Virus record (IMG/VR): IMGVR_UViG_3300025949_000016
Strand: one strand, 5' to 3'
DNA: 64,000 nt
From: a virus
Numbering within the stretch: the first letter of the stretch is position 1; every line of letters begins with the position of its first letter. The notes under the pieces were generated by a model. That model worked only from the letters and a program-made list of their open reading frames with translations, was not told where the DNA came from and ran no database searches. Made by a program: the position numbers and the translations under genes. This document shows, piece by piece, positions 19,465 to 29,400 of this stretch.

Positions 19465-20779
19465 AGAAACTAGAAAGCCTGAGTATATAAAAAGTAATTC
19501 TTATATTGAAGATTCAGATAAGATTGAAAGTTATTTTTATAACGTTACATATAATCCTACAGTAAATGTAGTTAATGAACCTGTAGATCCAGGTCCACCA
19601 GAACCACTTGAATTACCTTTATTACCTGAAAATGAAGAATATAAGCTTATATTACAAAACGGAGAGGTTTTTGCTGTAAACGTTGCAGACTATCCTACTT
19701 TTAGAATGGATAATTCATTATTAATAAGTAATGCAATAATGTATGATATTGGTAATAGTCAGCGATTTAAATTTGATAATACTGGATCTGTATGTGTAGA
19801 GCATGTAGATGTTGAAGAGAATGAACATGAACAATATCAATATACTTCTAACTTCGATTTTTATGGTAAATATAAAGTAATAAATTCTGAGAAAAAAGTA
19901 ATAAGTAAAAGCTCATTATCATTTAATGATATTGCTTCCATCCTATATACTCCAGTTTTATACTTCAATAATATAAAAAAAGAAAGTAATCAAATTAACA
20001 AACTTCTTTCTTGCTTTCTTCAAGAAAGTGGTCAATTCGATGAGCGTTTTATCATCAAGCCAAAATCTCCAGATTCTCCTTTACTTGATAAATACTTAAC
20101 AACACTTGCAGAATTAATTAATTCTGAAATTGATGAGAAAGAAGAGATTGAAAATATTGAAGATCTAGAAAAAAAAGCTTATGAAAAAGTAGGCTACAAT
20201 AAACCAATTGAATCAGTAATAAACGAAGCAAAGGATTTTGAAGAATATTTTAGATTTTTACTTGTAAAAAAAGACAAACAAGTAATAGATGAAAAGGACT
20301 ATAATTATGTAAATCAATTAAGTAGTTTAATAAAAAATAGATATAGTTTTAAATCTGGAAAAGCTAAAGTAAATAAAGAATTTTCTTTTGAAGATGAAAA
20401 ATATTCTAAGCAATTTTCATTTTCTGAAGTAGTAGATCGTATTGAAGAATCTGACAGTAATCTTATGATAACTCTATTTTTATATGTTCCAAATATTCTT
20501 AGGTTAACTAATTATTTGGAGGATAATAAAACAGATATTAAAATAGGTATGATTTATGAAATTTTAAATAATAATTATAATAAGAAATCTAAGACTATAA
20601 AATGTACATTATTTGTTTGCGATTCTAATTATAATTGTAAGTTTATTGATATAAAATCAACTACTTTATTAAAGTATAAAAATAGATTTATTGAAGTAAT
20701 AAGTAATTTCGATAAATCACATAATGATAGTAGATTAGCTAATATACCCAGAGAATTAAGAGCATTAAATAGTATATAA
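19457..20779 (+). CDS. possible degenerate PD-(D/E)XK exonuclease-like protein
   Basis: SFNDIASILYTPVLY and VVDRI present, (D/E)xK absent; Pro-rich N-terminal segment. Confidence 0.4.
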   Translation: MSRETRKPEYIKSNSYIEDSDKIESYFYNVTYNPTVNVVNEPVDPGPPEPLELPLLPENEEYKLILQNGEVFAVNVADYPTFRMDNSLLISNAIMYDIGNSQRFKFDNTGSVCVEHVDVEENEHEQYQYTSNFDFYGKYKVINSEKKVISKSSLSFNDIASILYTPVLYFNNIKKESNQINKLLSCFLQESGQFDERFIIKPKSPDSPLLDKYLTTLAELINSEIDEKEEIENIEDLEKKAYEKVGYNKPIESVINEAKDFEEYFRFLLVKKDKQVIDEKDYNYVNQLSSLIKNRYSFKSGKAKVNKEFSFEDEKYSKQFSFSEVVDRIEESDSNLMITLFLYVPNILRLTNYLEDNKTDIKIGMIYEILNNNYNKKSKTIKCTLFVCDSNYNCKFIDIKSTTLLKYKNRFIEVISNFDKSHNDSRLANIPRELRALNSI

Positions 20780-20802
20780 ATAAAATCCTATATTAATAGA
20801 GA

Positions 20803-21471
20803 ATGAGTTCAGGAAAATCTTATCTTTTACAAGAGACATACGTTCAAAAATCGAGGATATTTCTATTTCCTCTAGTTGGAATACCTAATAGCAAGCATTT
20901 TAGACCCACTAACACATACATAGCAAGTGAAAATTTGATATGTGATGCTTATCCAGAAGGATTATCTTATGATGATAAAACTTTAATTGTATTATATTCT
21001 AAGTCATACAAGAAAAAGGATGATGATTTATATGAGAAAATTAAAGATAATCTAATTAAGAAAATGTCTAGTGACGATGATATACCGAGTGGCTGGGATA
21101 CATTTGAAACCAAAGTCTTATTATCTAATAGAAACTTTATAGCTTTTCACGAAAGTGATGAAGAATATATTTATACTTTTGATTTATCCGATTATGAAGA
21201 TGATTGGAATAATTTTCTAAAAGGTAAATATTCTTTATTTAAAGAAAATACTAAAGATAAGATACTAAGGTTTAGAAAAGATGTATTATCAGACCAAGCA
21301 AAACATAGGTTATATTGTTATTTGTATCCAACAACGAAAGAATGTATAATGGCTTTTGCAAAAGAATTGGAGATGGATGTAAAAGATTTAATGGAGGTTA
21401 AAGAGTTATGTAGTAAACCCGATCTTTTACAAGAAACTTATAAACATTTATTGTATGAAGTTAAAGATTAA
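20803..21471 (+). CDS. hypothetical protein
   Basis: 222-aa ORF upstream of dUTPase. Confidence 0.65.
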   Translation: MSSGKSYLLQETYVQKSRIFLFPLVGIPNSKHFRPTNTYIASENLICDAYPEGLSYDDKTLIVLYSKSYKKKDDDLYEKIKDNLIKKMSSDDDIPSGWDTFETKVLLSNRNFIAFHESDEEYIYTFDLSDYEDDWNNFLKGKYSLFKENTKDKILRFRKDVLSDQAKHRLYCYLYPTTKECIMAFAKELEMDVKDLMEVKELCSKPDLLQETYKHLLYEVKD

Positions 21472-21883
21472 AAAACTATCTGAGAATGCTGTAATTCCTA
21501 CAAAAGCACATTCAACTGATGCAGGATATGATCTAACAGCAATAGGAGTGGAGATTGTAGACCAAGGAAAGTTTGGTTATATAGAGTATAGTTTTGGTTT
21601 GGCTTTTGAAATTCAAGAAGGGTATGCTGGATTTATATTTCCAAGATCCTCTATATCGAAGACAGGATTACTTCTTGCCAATGCAGTTGGAGTAATTGAC
21701 TCTTCATATCGAGGACCTGTTACAGCAAGGTTTAAGCATATACCTGGAACCAAACGTTATGAAATAGGAGATAGAGTAGCTCAGTTAGTTATTTTAAAAT
21801 TAGAAGATGTAGAAATAGAAATAACCGACACTTTGTCAGATTCTGACCGTGGAACTGGTGGTTATGGTTCTAGTGGTTCATAA
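21455..21883 (+). CDS. dut: trimeric dUTPase
   Basis: AGYDL, PRSS, GVIDSSYRG, RVAQL, RGTGGYGSSG. Confidence 0.97.
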   Translation: MKLKIKKLSENAVIPTKAHSTDAGYDLTAIGVEIVDQGKFGYIEYSFGLAFEIQEGYAGFIFPRSSISKTGLLLANAVGVIDSSYRGPVTARFKHIPGTKRYEIGDRVAQLVILKLEDVEIEITDTLSDSDRGTGGYGSSGS

Positions 21884-21909
21884 AGTCCCGTTTTTAATCC
21901 AAAAATAAA

Positions 21910-21941
21910 TTTGGTGATTTCAAGAATTTGTTTTACCTTTG
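21910..21941 (+). promoter_or_regulatory. Bacteroidota sigma-A-type promoter
   Basis: TTTG - 20 nt - TACCTTTG. Confidence 0.8.
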
Positions 21942-21962
21942 TATAAATAAATTAATTTAATT

Positions 21963-22334
21963 ATGACAAAACCATTGGTTTACGTTAAAACACAAGTAAA
22001 GGTAGACACAAATCCTGAACCTATCGATTCTTGGGAGCTCCTAGCTTTTGGAGGTTGTCCCATTATGCATGCGGCCTATAATCCTGTAACACAAGGACTT
22101 GTATGTCAGTTTAGTTCTGTAAAAGAAAATTACATTGACGTTCCTAAGGCTAATGCTAAAGGACAGGTAAAATTTCAAACACAGAAGGCTGAACAGTATT
22201 ATCGAGTAGTAGTTACAGATAAGGATGCAATTGAACATATTCTGAGTACCTATGTAAGTAATTATGCAGGACAAAATTGGAATGTAGTCTATGAAAAACC
22301 TGAAGTTGAAGAATTAGTAAAAGCAGAAGTGTAA
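21963..22334 (+). CDS. hypothetical protein in its own transcription unit
   Basis: flanked by a promoter and a terminator. Confidence 0.7.
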   Translation: MTKPLVYVKTQVKVDTNPEPIDSWELLAFGGCPIMHAAYNPVTQGLVCQFSSVKENYIDVPKANAKGQVKFQTQKAEQYYRVVVTDKDAIEHILSTYVSNYAGQNWNVVYEKPEVEELVKAEV

Positions 22335-22337
22335 AGT

Positions 22338-22364
22338 AAAGCCCTCAGAAATGGGGGCTTTTTT
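22338..22364 (+). terminator. intrinsic terminator
   Basis: AAAGCCCTCA-gaaa-TGGGGGCTTT followed by a T run. Confidence 0.8.
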
Positions 22365-22375
22365 AATTTTAATAT

Positions 22376-22972
22376 ATGATAGATAATTTTGATCAGATTA
22401 CAAATCTAATAAGAAATAAAAGTAAAGATCCAAAAGAATTTTGGTTCTTACAAATAATAAAGAGACGTAAAGATAATCCTGGCCTTTCTAGAGATATGAA
22501 ATTGATTGATAATTATTTTATCAAAGGAGCTTTACATTTACTTGAGAAAAAAGAAGATATTATTGAAAAATGTAAATTAAATAACGCTCGGGCTTACTTT
22601 AGACTGAATTTAAGAAATTGGAATAAAATATCCTTACAATTAATAAGAACTATTGCAGAAAATATTGTTACAGGTAATTCTGAAAGTAATAAAAATGCTA
22701 TATTAAGTGTTTGTGGAAAATATCATTCTGATCTAGAAAAGAAATGGATAATTGATTTAGATGGAGAGCAAACACACTCAGTCCATCCAATCATAAGCTT
22801 TACAGATGAATTAAAACCTATTGGTAATAAATTAATTGATATTATCCCTACAGTAAATGGAAAGCATTTAATAATGAAACCGTTTGATTTAGAAGCATTT
22901 AAAAACAATTATCCTAATATTTCAATACACAAAGATAACCCAACACTTTTATACTATAACAATGAAACGTAA
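22376..22972 (+). CDS. AEP/PrimPol-like protein (tentative)
   Basis: WIIDLD, TVNGKH and a downstream Asp follow the order of AEP motifs I-III. Confidence 0.45.
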   Translation: MIDNFDQITNLIRNKSKDPKEFWFLQIIKRRKDNPGLSRDMKLIDNYFIKGALHLLEKKEDIIEKCKLNNARAYFRLNLRNWNKISLQLIRTIAENIVTGNSESNKNAILSVCGKYHSDLEKKWIIDLDGEQTHSVHPIISFTDELKPIGNKLIDIIPTVNGKHLIMKPFDLEAFKNNYPNISIHKDNPTLLYYNNET

Positions 22973-23309
22973 AGATATAATAAAGATAAAGGAGATAACT
23001 AATATAAATGAAGCTTTTAATTTATGTGACTACATAGCTAAACGAAATAAAAGAAAATTTAACTTTTCTAAGTTAGCAGAAGAGTTAAATGAACTTTCAG
23101 ATGTTTGTTTGAAGTTTATAAATAAAAAAGGAGAATTTAGACCAAATAAAGAAAAATTCATCGAAGAATTAGGTGATGTTATTACTAGAATTGAAATGCT
23201 AATCGAGGCCGAAAATATAATAAAAAAAGATGTAGATCAAAGAATTATATTCAAAGCTAATAAATACTTACAATATATTAAAGAAGGTAAATATGATAAA
23301 GGAATATGA
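22962..23309 (+). CDS. MazG-like NTP pyrophosphohydrolase
   Basis: EELNEL ... EELGDV. Confidence 0.8.
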   Translation: MKRKDIIKIKEITNINEAFNLCDYIAKRNKRKFNFSKLAEELNELSDVCLKFINKKGEFRPNKEKFIEELGDVITRIEMLIEAENIIKKDVDQRIIFKANKYLQYIKEGKYDKGI

Positions 23310-23566
23310 TGAATTTTCACGAAGACTATATAGAAGAGTGGATGCCTCATCCGCCTGAAAAAATCATACATAAAAATCTTTACTATCTAGATAAAATAAA
23401 AGAGATTGAATTACAAATTAAATGGTTAACTTGCCAAAAATTTCATCATGATCCTGATATTGATGATCAACTAAGAGCGGATAAAGAAGCTGAGTTAGAA
23501 GATAGTTTAAGCTGGCATAAAGCCAAATTAAAGCAAATAAATAATAGAAATAAAAAATTTTGTTAA
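23306..23566 (+). CDS. hypothetical coiled-coil protein
   Basis: 86-aa ORF with ATGA overlap. Confidence 0.5.
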   Translation: MMNFHEDYIEEWMPHPPEKIIHKNLYYLDKIKEIELQIKWLTCQKFHHDPDIDDQLRADKEAELEDSLSWHKAKLKQINNRNKKFC

Positions 23567-23589
23567 TTCAATTATTTATCATATCTTTG
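23559..23589 (+). promoter_or_regulatory. Bacteroidota sigma-A-type promoter for the polymerase
   Basis: TTTG - 19 nt - TATCTTTG. Confidence 0.7.
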
Positions 23590-23604
23590 TAGAAATACAA
23601 AAAT

Positions 23605-25560
23605 ATGATAGTTGTCTATGATCTAGAAACTTTAAAAGATTTTTTTCTTTATATTGATGTATCCTTAAGCGAGGATAAATTTAATGTTTTTGAAATCTCA
23701 AAGATTAAAAATGATATAATTCCTTTATTAAATCATATAAGATCAACTAAATTAGCTGGACAAATAGGATTTAATAACCTAAATTTTGATGCCCAAGTTC
23801 AACAATATATAATTAATAAAGGAAACTATTGGTTTAATCTTACAGGGGAAGAAATAGCAAATGAGATTCATAGTTATGTCCAATACATAATTGACAAATC
23901 TAATAGAAATGAATGGTTAGATTATTCAGAGAAAGATTTTTCTATAAGACAGGTTGATCTATATAAGATATGGCATTTTGACAATAAAGCTAAAATGACA
24001 TCTCTTAAGTGGTTGCAATATATGACAGATTGGCATAACATTGAAGATATGCCAATTGATCATCTTATCTCTATTGATAGAAGAGAAATTGCTGATCAAA
24101 TAATCAGTTATTGTAAAAATGACTGTTTATCTACTAAGCATTTCTATAATATTACTAGAGGTAAAACCGAACATCCACTTTATAAAGATATAGATAAACT
24201 ACAACTTCGTAAAGATATAAAGGAAGAGTTTGGATTTACTTGTACTAATTTTAACGACGTAAAAATTGGCGATGAAATTAATAAGGTAAATTACTTAAAA
24301 GCCACTGGTATAAGTAAGTATGATCTTAAAGAGAAGAAAGCGGTTATAACACCATTTACTTTTGAAGATTGTTTTCCTACTTGTACTAAGTTTTTAAGTA
24401 GGGAATTAAATGATTTTATAAATTCTATACGAAAAGTAAAAGTAAGTCTTGAGAATAAACAAGAATTTCATTTTAAATTTGGATCAACTAAATATGTTCT
24501 AGCTAAAGGTGGTTTACATAGTGAAGACAAACCGCGCCTAATTATACCTAAAAATTATGAGATATTAAGAGATGCGGATATTGGATCTATGTATCCTAAT
24601 ACTATTAGAAAGCGTAAGATTTACCCAAGAGGACTAGGAGAAAAATGGTTAGAAGGATATACTGGTGTAATAGAAAAAAGGCTAGAAGCCAAGAAAAAGT
24701 TTAAAGAAACCAAGGATAAGAAATACCAGTCCATACAAGAAGCCTTTAAATTGGCTTTAAACGGAGGGTCATTTGGTAAATTACAAGATAAATCTAATTG
24801 GCAATACGATCCATTTGCTTGTTTTCAAGTAACAATTGGAGGTCAAATAGATTTATTAATGTTAATTGAGAGATTAGAACTTTCAGGTATTAGAGTCATG
24901 AGCGCTAATACCGATGGTATAGTTTCTCTATTTGATAAAAATCAAGAAGAAACCTATAATAAAGTCTGTAAAGAATGGGAAATATTAGTAGGTAATAATG
25001 ATTTGGGACAATTAGAATACGCGGATTATAAATTATTAGCACAAAGGTCAGTTAATCATTATATTGCTATTAAAATGAATGGTGAAGTAAAACATAAAGG
25101 AGAATTTAGTATACACCATGAAATGCATCGTAATAAGAGCTATAGAGTAATACCACTAGCTTTGGATGCCTTTTATTCTAAAGGGTTAAACCCACGTACC
25201 TTTATTACCAATCATATCAATATATTTGACTTCTGTGCTGGCATGAGAACAAAAGGTGAGTGGAGACTAGAAGCAGTAAGTCTCGATAGAGACAGAATGA
25301 AACGAGAAAGGCTTCAAAAAACCAACCGTTATTTTATTTCTAATAAAGGCGTGAAATTAGTTAAATGTCATCCAGATGGTAGAGAAATTCAAGAAGATGC
25401 TGGAAGGTGGATGGCTACAATATATAATAAACATGTTGAAAAAGACATTAAAGAATATGACATAAATTACGATTTTTATATAAGAAAAACCTATGAAATC
25501 ATTGGTGAAATCCAACCAGAAATAACCGATGATGGATCAGAACAGCTTTCATTGTTTTAA
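23605..25560 (+). CDS. family B DNA polymerase with 3'-5' exonuclease
   Basis: Exo I YDLET, Exo II GFNNLNFD, Exo III YCKND; DIGSMYP, KLALNG, NTDG. Confidence 0.93.
   Translation: MIVVYDLETLKDFFLYIDVSLSEDKFNVFEISKIKNDIIPLLNHIRSTKLAGQIGFNNLNFDAQVQQYIINKGNYWFNLTGEEIANEIHSYVQYIIDKSNRNEWLDYSEKDFSIRQVDLYKIWHFDNKAKMTSLKWLQYMTDWHNIEDMPIDHLISIDRREIADQIISYCKNDCLSTKHFYNITRGKTEHPLYKDIDKLQLRKDIKEEFGFTCTNFNDVKIGDEINKVNYLKATGISKYDLKEKKAVITPFTFEDCFPTCTKFLSRELNDFINSIRKVKVSLENKQEFHFKFGSTKYVLAKGGLHSEDKPRLIIPKNYEILRDADIGSMYPNTIRKRKIYPRGLGEKWLEGYTGVIEKRLEAKKKFKETKDKKYQSIQEAFKLALNGGSFGKLQDKSNWQYDPFACFQVTIGGQIDLLMLIERLELSGIRVMSANTDGIVSLFDKNQEETYNKVCKEWEILVGNNDLGQLEYADYKLLAQRSVNHYIAIKMNGEVKHKGEFSIHHEMHRNKSYRVIPLALDAFYSKGLNPRTFITNHINIFDFCAGMRTKGEWRLEAVSLDRDRMKRERLQKTNRYFISNKGVKLVKCHPDGREIQEDAGRWMATIYNKHVEKDIKEYDINYDFYIRKTYEIIGEIQPEITDDGSEQLSLF
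25175..25203 (+). repeat. 29-bp exact direct repeat, copy 1
   Basis: ATTCTAAAGGGTTAAACCCACGTACCTTT, identical to 26361-26389. Confidence 0.9.
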
Positions 25561-25566
25561 AGTGTG

Positions 25567-25683
25567 AAAGAGTGGTGTATGTCGATCTTATCGCTTATAG
25601 AGCTTGATGAAGCAAGTCATCATGTCAAAGTACCCTTTAGCTGGTAAACTGCTGAGTTATAAGAAACGCCCCTGCCACTTTTT
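25567..25683 (+). ncRNA. candidate structured RNA element, family unknown
   Basis: 11-bp closing stem AAAGAGTGGTG/TGCCACTTTTT, inner stem CTTATAG/TTATAAG, several hairpins, more GC-rich than flanks. Confidence 0.4.
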
Positions 25684-25694
25684 AAATTTAATAA

Positions 25695-25976
25695 ATGGAA
25701 AAAATAACTTTCGAAGATTTTTATAATAGATATTCTGTCAAAAGAAATCCAATAAATAGTACTTCTAATTATGAGAATACAATGCTAGATATGGATGATG
25801 ATGAAGAATTAGAAGAAGTAGAAAATTCCAAACCTACAAAGGTTTGGACGTTAACAGAAGATAAGTCGGAACGTTTTATATTGAAGCCTGGGCTTATTTA
25901 TAATACTGATGTAATAGGTTATTTTATATGCAATAATGAATGGAAAGATAAAAAAGAAAACTTTATATTAATATGA
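25695..25976 (+). CDS. hypothetical acidic protein
   Basis: 93-aa ORF. Confidence 0.65.
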   Translation: MEKITFEDFYNRYSVKRNPINSTSNYENTMLDMDDDEELEEVENSKPTKVWTLTEDKSERFILKPGLIYNTDVIGYFICNNEWKDKKENFILI

Positions 25977-26452
25977 AATGGGTGATTACTTTCAATCATG
26001 ATTCAGGAGATTATCATTATTATACTACAGATAATGTAGATGGTTTTAAACAAGCTTGGCCATTAAGAGAAGTTGTATTTGAAACCTCACATATAGATGA
26101 CCTCTCTGCTGAGTGGAAACTATATAATAAAATGAATACAGATATATATAATAAAAAATATAAGAAAAATAAAAGAAGCGTTCCGGGAACAACACTACCT
26201 TCAGGAATATTTAAAAAGAAAGAACCATCAGATGATATTTATTCAAATAATCCTTGTAATATAGAAGATGATTATAATGAAGAATATGAAGAATTTATGG
26301 ATGGAATTAGAAGAATGAAATCTTTAGATAAAGCTGAAGAGAAGATTATTAAATCATCTAATTCTAAAGGGTTAAACCCACGTACCTTTTCTAAGAATTA
26401 TGAAGATCATTTAGCGTGGGTTAATGAGCATGAATATATAGAAAAAAGATAG
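25973..26452 (+). CDS. hypothetical protein
   Basis: 159-aa ORF, last gene of the + block. Confidence 0.6.
   Translation: MKWVITFNHDSGDYHYYTTDNVDGFKQAWPLREVVFETSHIDDLSAEWKLYNKMNTDIYNKKYKKNKRSVPGTTLPSGIFKKKEPSDDIYSNNPCNIEDDYNEEYEEFMDGIRRMKSLDKAEEKIIKSSNSKGLNPRTFSKNYEDHLAWVNEHEYIEKR
26361..26389 (+). repeat. 29-bp exact direct repeat, copy 2
   Basis: identical to 25175-25203. Confidence 0.9.
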
Positions 26453-26463
26453 AATTTTAAAAG

Positions 26464-26488
26464 AAAAGAGAGGTAATACCTCTCTTTT
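26464..26488. terminator. bidirectional terminator at the convergence point
   Basis: AAAAGAGAGGTA-A-TACCTCTCTTTT perfect inverted repeat between convergent genes. Confidence 0.85.
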
Positions 26489-29400
26489 TATTTTATTCTT
26501 GACATGGCATCTAAGTTCTTGACTGCTTGATCTGGATACATGTATTGCATTAAGCGTTGTGGTAAAGCTACTAGTTTTTCCACGTCTGCCATTACTTTAA
26601 ATTCTCCGGGTTCATGCCATCCTACTTTCTTAGAATAAATAACATCACTTTTATCTACTCCTGGAAGTCCTAATTCATAATAAAGGCTTTGAGATCCGTG
26701 GTTAACTAGATTAACCAAGTTTTTTATCTTACCAAGTATAGGAAAAGGATTTTGAATCTTTCTAAGTAAATCATCAAATCCTACACCCGGTATAGGTTGA
26801 AAAGCTTCATTTTGTTGTTGAATACCTTTTAGTGCGTAAATAAGATTATTAGCTAGTAAAGAGTTATCCTTCAACTTCTTATTATCATCTCCCCCTAAAG
26901 CTCTTAACATTAAGAAGAATACTATTGTAAACCCAAATTCAGTACTTGCTTTTATAACGGCTGCTTTTTCTTCTTTTGTATAATATTTCCATCCGCTTAC
27001 TATAGGAGGTAAATACCATTCAGATTTAATATCTCTTAATAATAATTTACCCAATAATCTCCAATAACCTTCATCTCTTATACCATCTTGAATATCAAGC
27101 CTTCTAGCTCCATATCTTTTAACAGTAAAAGGTATAACATATCTATTCATGAATAAAGCGAGTTTAGTTAAGATAAACTTATCAGCTAATATTCTATCTC
27201 CATACTCACCATTGATTCTACGAGAAGAGCTGTTTAATCGAGAGATCATTTCTTTTCTATCTTCTTCTGTTACTACAACTTCAGGTTTTAATTCAAGTTT
27301 TCTATTCTTTAAAGTAAAGGCATCAAATATAGGTATATAAGTTTCTTTACCATCTATCATAGCTTTGACTCTATAATTTAAAGAAATAGCTATACCCATA
27401 TGATAATTAAGCATATGTTCAGTAATCGTATTAGGTACAGATAAACTAGAAACTAATTCTCTTACTTTTCCTGCGGCTAGAGTTTTATTGTTCTTACTGT
27501 ATAACTTAAAATTAATCCCACCAAAATAATCAAAGAACTGGTTAATATAAGATTTATTACCATATTTACCCATGTCACTCATTAATTCATGTATATTAGC
27601 ATAATAAATTTTTTGAGCTTGAAAGAAATTCTTCATAGTAAAACTACCTGACTTTTTACTTTCTGTCTCCATAATTGACTGAGTAAAGGCATTTACATAG
27701 TTTTGGATAGAGGAGTTTAAATTAAATCCAAGCATTAATTTAGCTCCGGCTCCTAATATGTTATTAATAGCCTTAACGCCTGGAATATCTTTCATAGATT
27801 CTCCATAAATCTCAGATTTAATCATTTCATTAATCTGTAAAGCAGTATTACTCATGGAAGAACGAATAGCAAGACCTGTACCTTTAGGTACGTACTTTCT
27901 TCTCATTGTTTGTACAACACCATTCTTAGTCTTTACGGGTTTATAGTCAGGATTATTAACCACGTCTTTAACCGCATTAACTAGTGGTAAGGATTTAACT
28001 AATTGATCTCGCTTTAAAGATTCTTCAGCAAATGCTAAAATGGATCGAGCAAGGTCTATACTTTGATCCTCTGCACTAATGACTCCTAAAAACTTCATTG
28101 GAACAAGTCCTGTAAAATCATCATTATAACCATAAAGAACATCTTTATCCTGTTCATTCTTAGTTACCTTATCGTTCCAAGCTCTTAAAAATTGACCTAA
28201 CCTACTAAAAGATTCTGGAACACCTTTTGTTATACTATTACTAAATAATCTTTCTAACTCAGTTTTTCTAATAGAAGGTAATTCATAGCCTTTTCTTCTT
28301 GGAGTAGGGATTGATTCTTGAGCTTTTAAATAAATATTAGTTAAAAAGCTAAGATAATTTAATGTTGCTTTGTCTTTAGGATCACTAGAACTCACTAGTC
28401 TTTTATAATCTTGATTAACAAAACGATCATCTTTAGCTCCAAATAATTTAGGTTGTACATCTCCACTAATGGATTCTTTGTAATTCTTGTTTACGTATTC
28501 ATCTTTAATAGTTCTTTTTTTATACTTAATAGAAGGTTGACCTTCATTAATATATTTATTATCACGAGGTCTAGTCTGTTGCCAAATATAAATAGGTCTT
28601 TCTTCTTCTACCCATTCTCCTGAAAAACTACCAGGTTGAGCGGGGTTATATGTCTCATCAACTTTAAAGTTCTGAACAGTAATATGATTTTCTTTCCACC
28701 AATCAGATGACTTTAAAGCAATCTCAGCCTTACTAGTTCTATATAAGTTTTCTATAAATGACTTATCTTTACCGTCTACTTTACCTCCTTTTATTTCTAT
28801 CCAATCGTTTCCATTCTTTTGATAGGTGGCTCCACTTAAGAAGAATTTTTCAGGCATCTGAGTAATATCAACCGCCCACTTTAATTGCTCTGTTCTTTCA
28901 GCTATTTCATCATGATAATATTTAGTGTCTTTTCTTTCATCTAGTTTACCTAATTCTTTAAGTAACTTAATATATTCTTTCATTAATTCTCCACTAACAT
29001 TCTTTTTATTAGATTCTATAATAGCTATTTCATCATTAATCTTTTGGAGATCACCATCCAATTCTTCTGTGTCTCCCCATGTAAAGTTAATTTTCTCAAT
29101 TATCTCAGAACGTTGGTTATAAAGATTACTAAGTCTTATTTTCTCATTTTTAGTTAATCCATTGGCCGATTCGATATTACTTTTAATTTCTTCAATTTCT
29201 TCTTCTATTCGTTTAACATCTCGCACTTCATCTTCACTAATATCTCTACCATTTATTATACCATTATTATCTCTATAAGGTTTAGCAATTTCTTCCATTC
29301 CATCATAGAGTTTCTTCAAGTCTTCATTCTTATTATTAGTAAGACCCATTGCTGTTTGAAGATTATGAAGACTATTTAATATTCTTTTCTTTTCTTCCCA

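Noticed and set aside
25604-25667. Hammerhead ribozyme (TTGATGA ... GAAAC)
   Set aside because: Core reads UUGAUGA rather than CUGANGA, and the three stems cannot be assembled around it
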